Both the position numbers and the translations under genes were made by a program. Of a stretch of DNA of 60,965 bases, positions 54,101 to 60,965 are shown piece by piece; the first letter of the stretch is position 1, and each line of letters begins with the position of its first letter. Below the pieces are notes generated by a model that saw only the letters and a program-made list of their open reading frames with translations, did no database searches and had not been told where the DNA came from. Origin of the DNA: Octopus bimaculoides (lineage: Eukaryota); the NCBI RefSeq assembly GCF_001194135.2, contig NC_068983.1:142638120-142699084 (forward strand), in the 5' to 3' direction.

Positions 54101-57100
54101 ACTGCACTCTTCTTGAATATATGAGAAAGACAAACTTTACCAACTCATAAGCAATTTTTTCTTCATCACCACTAACTTGTTCCATAACTGAAATGATGCA
54201 GTGTTTCTTCCATCATTTAAACTATCCATTATCTACATAAACCAAGCCAATAAAATTCTGACCAACCAACTGAAACATCAACAATTCCTACTCTCGCATT
54301 CAGATGAGATTCATCCCTCAACAGCCCAATCCATTTGGTTATATAATGGCATAACTAATAAGTTCATCATTCTGAGCAGTAAGGATGTTTCCAGTTTTTT
54401 TTTTNNNNNNNNNNNNNNNNNNNNNNNNNNNNNNNNNNNNNNNNNNNNNNNNNGGGGGGTTTAGAGCTTAAATCCTGTTGAAAGTAAAATAACCTTGCTA
54501 AACTTAGTTTGTGATTTACTGCAAGCAAAATGATAATTTATATCATCATTATCAGTGTACTCTAATAATGAGTTGCACAATTTCAACAGGGAAATCACAA
54601 GAGGTCATCTATGATGTTCTGGCTTGAGGAAATACATTTATACAAGATCACTGAAAATGTATAAAAGACTTCTAGAAAGTGAATAATTTTGAAAATTTCA
54701 TTAACTATCATCAACATTGTTTAATGTCAGTTTCCCCAGGCTGACATGGGTTGGTTAAATCAGCAATACAGCTTCATGGCTATTAACTCATAGGCCATCA
54801 ATTCAAATCCACAGCAAGTATTCATTGTGTAATTGAGGAAGCTACTTAATTTTACATTGTTTCAGGTAAGCTAGCTGTCAAAAATAGGTAAGAAATCTGA
54901 TGAAAATTTTACCTGTAATAAACTGGCTTCCTAGTAATATTATATTTCATCTAATTAACATCATGGAACTAAAAATATGAGCTCTTATGAGTCCCTTACA
55001 ACTTCTGGAGTCATTTATAATGCATCTCATTTGCAAGGGTCAATCTTTCCGTGTCTGGCTAAAACAATTTCTCATAAGACTTCCTCAATCTATTTCTGCT
55101 ATGAACACCTCTATCCTTCATTTTTATAATAGAGTATATACATCCGACAATTCTTTTGTCACCAAACCACTTTCTCAACTCTCACATTTTCTTTTTACAT
55201 TCAATGGATCACATTTGACACATTTTTAAATATAGCTCCACAATTACGTGTAATTTGCTTCAAAAGAAAAACCATTTATTGTTGTTAAGCTACAGGTCAA
55301 TTCTGATCAGACAATCATATAATCATATGCATTCTAACTATAACCTCCCTATCCTTTTAGGGGCATCTAAGTATAATATCTACTGTGTCTTTTCCTTATT
55401 TAAGTAGACTGTTGAAATTTGGTTGCTATTTCTAGCTGTTTGACCAACTGATTAACCCTTTAGCATTTAAACTGGCGATATCCAACCCAAATATTCTCCA
55501 TGGTGTACATTCAAACTGGCCATATCTGGCCTCTCGAACCTAATCTACACTGACATTCTTAAAATAAACAATCACATCATCAAAACCCCAAGGCTATAAC
55601 ATATTGCATGATTAATTAAAAACAATTTGAATAAAAAGACATTATATTTTAACACAGTAATCTGAACACTGAAGGATTAAAGGCTTTTTCATAAGCATTA
55701 TTTGTATCCAATAACAGTAGCAGTACTTCAAATTCTTTTCCATCTTCCTCACTTCTATTTCATGTAAGTTTATCTACTACTTACAACTTCCAGCAAACAA
55801 TCTGAGCAATCCCTATTGGTTGGTTCAAGGCTTTTCATTCAGTGCACCTCAAGCTTTGATTGCATAACCAACAACCAGAAATCCAACTACACCTTTTGTC
55901 TACTCACAGCTCTTCTAAAACTAACAGTGACGTCAAGGTAGAGCTAGACATACTCAGAGACACAAAACAATCAATAGAAGACAGGTATGGAAGTTGAAGA
56001 TCCGTCTTCCAGACATAGATACAAAGAAATACTAACTGATGTATATGGCAAGACAGTCTAGATAGTGAGTTATAACACAGAGGGCAACTAGAAGCTTCCT
56101 TAAGACAATCTGTTGTAAGCCACAAACCAGATCAATGGATGGAGGAAACTTCCAACCAAACAGAATGTGATAATGATGGATAAAGCCATAAATGCTAAAA
56201 GATAGGCCTGGAAAGATTGAAAGATGGAGGGTAGCAAGTGATAATTTCAAAAAGCTAAGCATTAAGTATACATAGCAAGGAGAGAAACTAAAAATAAGAG
56301 GTTTACCAATATTCTTCAATGAGAGGATCAGGAGTAAGGTAGTCTAAATTGCAAAGCCATATGTCAGTTTGAACCAAAATGTTAGAGACGAGCTGTGTAG
56401 AATCATAGCAGCACACTTATCTTCACTGATAACAAGAGGCAGGGAAATATTACAATAAGAAGTAAATGAATGAAGAGATTGTATAGGAGAGAAAGAGGCA
56501 ACAGTTATTGGAGTTGACAGTTATACAGCTAAAAGTACAATCATCATTATTCAATGTGTTTTTCATGTTGGCATAGGTTGAACTGAAGGATACAAAGACT
56601 AAGAAACCAACTAGACCATGGGGGGGGGAGTCACTGAAATACTGAAACCATCAAGTTGAGTAGATCATGTGCTAGTCCCTAACACAGTATAGGAAGCAAT
56701 CATTCCCTATTACAAGGGCAAAGGAGAAGCAACTTCAATGGCACTAAATTAATGGACCAAATTATGAAAGTAACAAAAAGAATTACAGATGTTTTTAGCA
56801 AAAAGTAAACCAAGTATTCCTAGCAACATGGAGAAGGCCATGCTCTGTAATCAGTTAGTTGCTAAGAATAGATGAATGGCTTATTAGAGTCATGCAAACA
56901 ATGTACAGAGATGCTGTCAACAGAACAAGAGTTAGCAAGGAATTCAATGAGGAATTTAACATGCCAATAGGTTTTCATCCTCCTACTTCATTTATTTTAA
57001 TTCTCCAGGTCATAATAGAGGAGTTTAAGACTAACTGTCCATTGGTGCTTCTGTATGAACAACATAGTTCTCATAGATGAATCTATCAAAGAATTAGAGA

Positions 57101-58060
57101 TAAATATTCCAAATATGGATACAAAGACCAGAAACAAGAAGTATTGAGCCAAGCAAATACAAAAGTTCTAGTTAGCAGAAAAAAACAGAAAGGTAATAAT
57201 GTTCAAAATACAAGAAGGGAGTAGCTATGAACTCTGAACTAATAAACTATAGGATCACAAGAGATACAGTGGAATCACAGTTAGCCTGAGAGAGGAAATA
57301 CACAGTAGTTAGTAGTAAGAGCATGCATGAAATTAAGTCTTTCAAATACTTGAAAAACTTCCTAGAAGTAGGTGACAGCGTCTATTACTTAGATAACCTA
57401 ATTAGCAGTGGGGAAAAATTCAGGGAGATATTACCTCTGCTGGCAAGAAGGGGATTCTCTTTCCATGTGAAGGGCAGACTGTATGATGCTTGTGTATGAA
57501 GTGTGGTGTTGTATGTTAGCAAAACAAGAGCATTAAATGCAAAAACAAACAAAAACTGGAAAGAAATGAAGCAAGTACACACTATTGGATGCATAATGTG
57601 AGTGTGTATGAGCAAGCACAAATGAGCTGAAAAAAATTACAAGTGGTATCAGATGTAGCATGTTAGAGAGCAGACTCTGCTGGTATGGATATGTGATGTA
57701 CCCAAGTGGAAAGATCATGTGAAAAAGGAAAACTGAGCAAGATATGAGAAAGAGTTGATGAAAGCTGATATCAGGAAGTTGAACTTCATAAAGATGACAA
57801 AGGACTAGATACTATGATGGACTTGCCCAACTTATACTAACATGGAAAAGAAGACTTAGAATGATGATGATGATGACGATGATGATGATGATGACAATGA
57901 TGGTTTTCTGGCTATGAAACAGAAAATGAAAACAAAATATAACTCAATGAACCAAAAACAAAAAAAAACGCTTACCTAACTGATTCATGTTAGGGCTAAA
58001 AGATACTGATGTAACACTATTTTTGTGTCCTCTGAAATTTTTTTCCAAAACGGGATCTCT
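30739..58060 (-). CDS. POC1: POC1 centriolar protein homolog (7x WD40 plus C-terminal Poc1 coiled coil); multi-exon
   Basis: Twelve GT-AG exons with consistent phases: 57976-58060, 52564-52643, 50778-50869, 50063-50171, [one exon not found], 46397-46501, 44117-44232, 42515-42648, 40659-40727, 37884-38039, 36073-36135, 33401-33499, 30739-30942. Translation includes [43 protein letters not shown] and [12 protein letters not shown], which match the POC1A/B pattern. Confidence 0.92.
31497..31559 (-). ncRNA. Degenerate hammerhead-like motif (left arm of inverted pair)
   Basis: TGATAA-CAGATGA-GATG...CATC C-GAAAC TTGGAG TT-TTATTA. Stem I and III pair; core has U4>A and stem II has a 1-nt bulge. Confidence 0.45.
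31589..31651 (+). ncRNA. Degenerate hammerhead-like motif (right arm of inverted pair)
   Basis: TGATAA-TAGACGA-GGTG...CATC C-GAAAC TTGGA GTC-TTATTG. GUC triplet present, two core substitutions. Confidence 0.4.
32290..32576 (+). mobile_element. RTE 3'-UTR-derived repeat
   Basis: Near-identical to 43768-44066. Confidence 0.85.
33401..33499 (-). CDS. POC1: POC1 exon ([33 protein letters not shown])
   Basis: Donor CAG|GTAAGG; L..IV.Q...TQ Poc1 motif; acceptor position less certain. Confidence 0.82.
34010..35105 (-). mobile_element. RTE 3' end (RT C-terminus plus 3' UTR) with an expanded internal ~55-60-bp tandem unit
   Basis: [18 protein letters not shown] and GRPRK motifs; repeated GTGCCACTGGCA.GGGAGCCAGTCAG...GGTGCTTTTT units at 34160-34530. 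Confidence 0.85.
36073..36135 (-). CDS. POC1: POC1 linker exon ([21 protein letters not shown])
   Basis: Acceptor CTCTGCAG|, donor |GTAAGT, phase 0-0, GC-richer than flanks; no family motif to confirm it. Confidence 0.65.
36620..37060 (+). mobile_element. Highly diverged RTE 3' fragment
   Basis: Degenerate GRL..., HGSE.., GRPRK.. motifs. Confidence 0.6.
37884..38039 (-). CDS. POC1: POC1 exon ([16 protein letters not shown]...ASTPVGN)
   Basis: Acceptor TTTCCAG|, donor |GTAAGA; end of WD7 plus low-complexity linker. Confidence 0.88.
39101..39180. repeat. (GA)n microsatellite
   Basis: Directly visible. Confidence 0.95.
39370..40258 (+). mobile_element. RTE 3' fragments and SINE pieces around a 100-N gap
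   Basis: [15 protein letters not shown] motif, 3' UTR units, (GAT)n tail at 40236-40258. Confidence 0.7.
40659..40727 (-). CDS. POC1: POC1 exon ([23 protein letters not shown])
   Basis: Acceptor TTCCTACTAG|, donor CAG|GTATGT. Confidence 0.92.
42515..42648 (-). CDS. POC1: POC1 exon ([45 protein letters not shown])
   Basis: Acceptor TTTTACCAG|, donor AAG|GTAGGT. Confidence 0.93.
42906..44066 (+). mobile_element. 5'-truncated RTE LINE with complete 3' UTR and (GAT)n tail
   Basis: [50 protein letters not shown]; tail GTTAAACGATGATGAT. Confidence 0.9.
44117..44232 (-). CDS. POC1: POC1 exon ([38 protein letters not shown])
   Basis: Acceptor TGTGCAG|, donor |GTGAGT. Confidence 0.9.
46397..46501 (-). 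CDS. POC1: POC1 exon ([35 protein letters not shown])
   Basis: Acceptor TTTATTTCAG|, donor |GTAAGT. Confidence 0.92.
46517..47255 (+). mobile_element. RTE LINE APE endonuclease fragment
   Basis: [34 protein letters not shown]. Confidence 0.9.
47817..48108. mobile_element. hAT (Charlie-type) MITE, 292 bp, 8-bp TSD
   Basis: TIRs CAGGAGTTTTCAAACT / AGTTTGAAAACCCCTG; TSD GTTTAAAC at 47809-47816 and 48109-48116. Confidence 0.9.
48395..48740 (+). mobile_element. RTE 3'-UTR-derived repeat
   Basis: Same core (GTGGTTGGTGTTAGGAAGGGCATCCA) and tail. Confidence 0.8.
49095..49740 (-). mobile_element. RTE 3' end
   Basis: Reverse complement of about 43370-44060. Confidence 0.88.
50063..50171 (-). CDS. 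POC1: POC1 exon ([36 protein letters not shown])
   Basis: Acceptor AATCAG|, donor AAG|GTATAC. Confidence 0.92.
50230..50390 (+). mobile_element. tRNA-derived SINE (third family)
   Basis: GGGTTCAGTCTCACTGC..CACCTTGGGCAAGT...AACTGAAAGAAGCCC followed by (GT)n. Confidence 0.7.
50778..50869 (-). CDS. POC1: POC1 exon ([30 protein letters not shown])
   Basis: Acceptor TTTTGCAG|, donor |GTAATT. Confidence 0.93.
51280..52400 (-). mobile_element. RTE LINE RT region
   Basis: [38 protein letters not shown]2HC-like CSICRK...CTQC..WTHKRC. Confidence 0.92.
52564..52643 (-). CDS. POC1: POC1 exon ([27 protein letters not shown])
   Basis: Acceptor TTGCAG|, donor |GTAAGT. Confidence 0.92.
53670..54050 (-). 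mobile_element. Two adjacent SINEs
   Basis: 53670-53880 matches the 35105-35260 family; 53900-54050 is the reverse complement of the third SINE family. Confidence 0.7.
55960..57890 (+). mobile_element. Old, heavily diverged RTE LINE remnant
   Basis: [20 protein letters not shown]...[11 protein letters not shown] parallels the younger RTE copies; ends in (GAT)n. Confidence 0.65.
57976..58060 (-). CDS. POC1: POC1 exon ([28 protein letters not shown])
   Basis: Acceptor TTCTTTATAG|, donor |GTAAGC; WD1. Confidence 0.88.
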
Positions 58061-58189
58061 CTATAAAGAAACAGAACATTATTACCATCATCACAATATA
58101 AATTTCTCTCAACTAAGGCTTCTCAATTTCCTGGGGCTCATTATTTCCAGGAAATCAGAAACATACAAAAGTAAAAAAAAACATTAAAC

Positions 58190-59160
58190 ACATTCATGTT
58201 TCTGTAATTTATTAAAACAAAAGCAGTGGGTTGAAGAATCACATCGTTTTTCAACATAGTCTCCTTGCTTTTATAATGCACTTCTTCCAGCAGTTCACAA
58301 GCTTTATTCCATTAGAGAAGAACGTTTTTGGCTTGTCATGCAGCTATTTATGCACCACTTCCTGCACTTTATCCATAGCAAATCTACGAATTTGTAAAAG
58401 ATGTTTGGGTGGTCCATAGAGGTGATAGTCAGAAGAGCATGATCTGGACTGTATGCAGGATGTTCCAGAAACTCAAAACTCAATTCTTTAGTGGTTTCAA
58501 TGGTGTTGACAGCTGTATGTGGGCATGCATTGTCATGCAACAGTAACACGTTGACAACAGACTTCAACTTTTGGTGTGACTTGCTGGTTTCAGTTTCTTG
58601 GCCGGTATTTCACTGTAGCCTACAACAGTGACTGCAGACCACTTTTCCAGAAAATGTTCTAGTATAGACCCTTTTGCATGAAAAAAAAAAACGGTTAGCA
58701 TCACTTTTTTTCTGCAAAAGGTTGAGTCATGAATTTCTTTTTCACTGACAATTCCAGACGTTTCCACACCATACTCTATCTTTTGGATTCTAGCTGAAAG
58801 TAATGGACCTAGGTCTCATCTCCTGTGGCTATTCTCTCCAAAAAAAGCTTCCTCTTCATCATTGTAGCAGTTGAGTAAGCAGTGACATATCTCAACATAA
58901 ATATACACTTCAGTAACCTCTCTTGGAACCCATCGTGCACACACTTTATAAAAGTGAAGCTTGTTGTGGATGATTTCATATGCATAACCATAACTAATTT
59001 GCAGAGAACATGTCAGCTCATTGATGGTCACTCATCAGTTCACCAGAACCATCTCTCAAGCATGTCGAATCTTCATGTCAGTCTGCATGTTGATGGGTGT
59101 CCTACTCCCTCTTAGTGCTTCTTGCTTGTCTGACCATTTTTAAATTTCTAGATCCACTCA
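58190..59160 (-). mobile_element. Degraded mariner transposon
   Basis: KVCARWVPRE, RIATGDET, KKVMLTVF, LLHDNACPH, HPAYSPD. Confidence 0.88.
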
Positions 59161-59910
59161 TACACACTTCTATACAATAGTGCTGTTCCTGTATTGTATC
59201 GAAAGCCTATAATGAATTTCAGCCCTTGACACACCTTCAGACTCAAGAAAATGGATCACTGATCTGTTTTTCCTTGATACACACTGCAAGCAAAGCAACT
59301 GTGTTTACCCTGTAACACAAGAAAACTGGAGTGATCAAGGTTAAGCCTTAGTTACATAACTACAAGAGTATCACATTCTAAGTTCCCAAGAACAGGCTTC
59401 AATCTTTATTTTTCCTTTTTTTAAACTTTCTTAATTTAATGATTTAAAGTTTTGTTGGATACTAAAAAGCAAGACACATGACCATCAAAATTTGTTCCAT
59501 TAAAAAACATGGATACTTGCATAAAAACTAACAATTCAGAAACAAAGAAATCCTGAATACCATAAAACAGTTCAAGCAAATTGATACTATTAGCTCAAGA
59601 AGTATATATCATTAATGGTGTTTTCATTCAAACAAGACTGCAGTTTTGTAACAAAGAGTTCTAGTGCAGAAAAGGCATTCTCTGTTTCAAAGTTGGAGAA
59701 ATAGTAGAAAGAGCAAAAAAGTTTCTACAAGTTAATACCTCTATGTCCAGTTATTTCAAATATTTTCATCTTTTCAACAACGTTTTTTTTTGGGGGGGGG
59801 GGGAGGTCACAAAATAACTGAATACTCTCTTGATTGTTTTCATTTATTAATGGCAATGTTTAATCTTTGTAGCAAGACGTTTCATTCGATGAAGTGGCTG
59901 CTTCAATTAC

Positions 59911-59913
59911 CAT
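59911..59913 (-). CDS. POC1: Candidate POC1 first coding micro-exon (ATG only)
   Basis: Minus strand TTCT-ATG|GTAATT; phase 0 joins exon 57976-58060 to give MRDPVLEK. An alternative (ATGAG|GT near 60413) exists. Confidence 0.35.
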
Positions 59914-60734
59914 AGAATTAGAATAGGAAGTAGTGCATCTAAAATTAAAAGAGGATTGTTTAAATATTTCATCAATTCTCTCGGATGAAATTATTTTGCT
60001 TCTCATTTCTCTTTTTCGACGCAGTCTCTTGACAAGACGGACATGAGAGTATTTTTTTTAATTTTAGAATTGAATCAACTAAGCTTTCTGCAGAAATCAG
60101 GGTTACGTCCCTTTGACCGAATTTTTCAACTCAAAATTTTAATCGGTTTCAATGTTGTAACATTTATTAAACGTTTTGTAGTCGCCTGATATTTTTGCAA
60201 TACAAGTTTTAAAGAAGAACTGTTCTAACTTTGCAAATAAACTATTCTATCTTGTTATGGTATCATTGATTAACTGCAATTCACCATATTCCACTTTAAC
60301 ATAATTCTGAAGTAATTAAAAAAACACTGACTAACGAGATAAGGTTATCTCGTTAACCAGCTGAGTGGTCAGTGTCACTTGCACTAACTGCAGATATGGC
60401 TATTACTAACACCTCATCCTCAACAGTTCGGTCCACCAACGAAATGAACTGACAATTATTCTCGCTTCTTTAATGACTTTGTCAACGCTTAAATTTTCTC
60501 AAGTAAAAGGGTTCTTTAACAACCGCAGCCTTTTCACTAAGTGAAATTTGCTGCAAATCAATCATCATCATAAATATATTTATTAAACGCCTTCATAACC
60601 GCGGGAACATTTTCATCATAATCCTTGAACAAACCTTCTTCAAACTTATCGGTTGTTGCATGTGTCGTTAATTTCATGACAATTATTGTTTTATTGAAGA
60701 TCATCATAAATAGTCAAATAAAGTCAATGTAGTT

Positions 60735-60895
60735 CTATATTTAAGAGATGAGGAATTATTTACATTATTTACATTTGTCGGATATTTGTCCTCATCTTCT
60801 TTGTTGTTAACACAACGTTTCGGCTGATATACATTCCAGCCTTCGTCAGGTGTCTTGGGGAAATTTCGAACCTGGGTTCTCATTCCTAACGACCT
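60735..60895 (-). mobile_element. Short non-autonomous Penelope-like (pLTR-type) element carrying the hammerhead, abutting (TAA)n
   Basis: Hammerhead with GAAACG, a second hairpin (AGATGAGGA/TCCTCATCT), and an adjacent microsatellite. PLE assignment is inferred from architecture; boundaries approximate. Confidence 0.5.
60809..60854 (-). ncRNA. Minimal type I hammerhead ribozyme motif, intact core
   Basis: Minus strand: GACAC-CTGACGA-A-GGCTG GAATGTATAT CAGCC-GAAAC GTT-GTGTT. 5-bp stem I, 5-bp stem II, loopless palindromic stem III (AACGTT), GUU triplet, extra A after A9. Confidence 0.75.
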
Positions 60896-60897
60896 GA

Positions 60898-60950
60898 TTA
60901 ATAATAGTAATAATAATAATAATAATATAATAATAATAATAATAATAATA
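60898..60950. repeat. (TAA)n microsatellite
   Basis: Directly visible. Confidence 0.95.
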
Positions 60951-60965
60951 GTAACATCGTTAGGA

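Noticed and set aside
54911-54930. Possible POC1 micro-exon GSQFITG
   Set aside because: Exons 57976-58060 and 52564-52643 already join in frame and match homologs without it.
59738-59770. Possible POC1 first exon MKIFEITGHR
   Set aside because: Phase 1 is incompatible with the next exon, which already supplies the GHK motif.

Overview
Eukaryotic, repeat-rich draft-assembly window with several N gaps. It is probably an octopus or other coleoid cephalopod, inferred from my recognition of the repeat families and not verified. Two convergent intron-rich genes were reconstructed by hand: a complete cyclin-Q/FAM58A gene (+, 6 exons, 12940-25423, 230 aa) and a POC1 WD40 centriolar gene (-, 12 firm exons 30739-58060, one internal exon probably lost in an N gap, candidate ATG micro-exon at 59911-59913). 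The rest is layered transposon debris: a hAT transposase pseudogene with a nested Tx1/L1 insertion, Tx1/L1 and R4/Dong LINEs, several mariners, many RTE fragments, tRNA-derived SINEs with TSDs, and MITEs. The most interesting signal is a set of small non-coding elements next to (TA)n/(TAA)n microsatellites that carry minimal type I hammerhead ribozyme folds. Two have intact cores (28708-28749 and 60809-60854, both on the minus strand). They tend to occur as inverted pairs (31468-31680), and one appears to have folded back into a perfect 107-bp hairpin inside a cyclin-Q intron (16978-17202). All structures were folded by eye; activity and novelty are untested.
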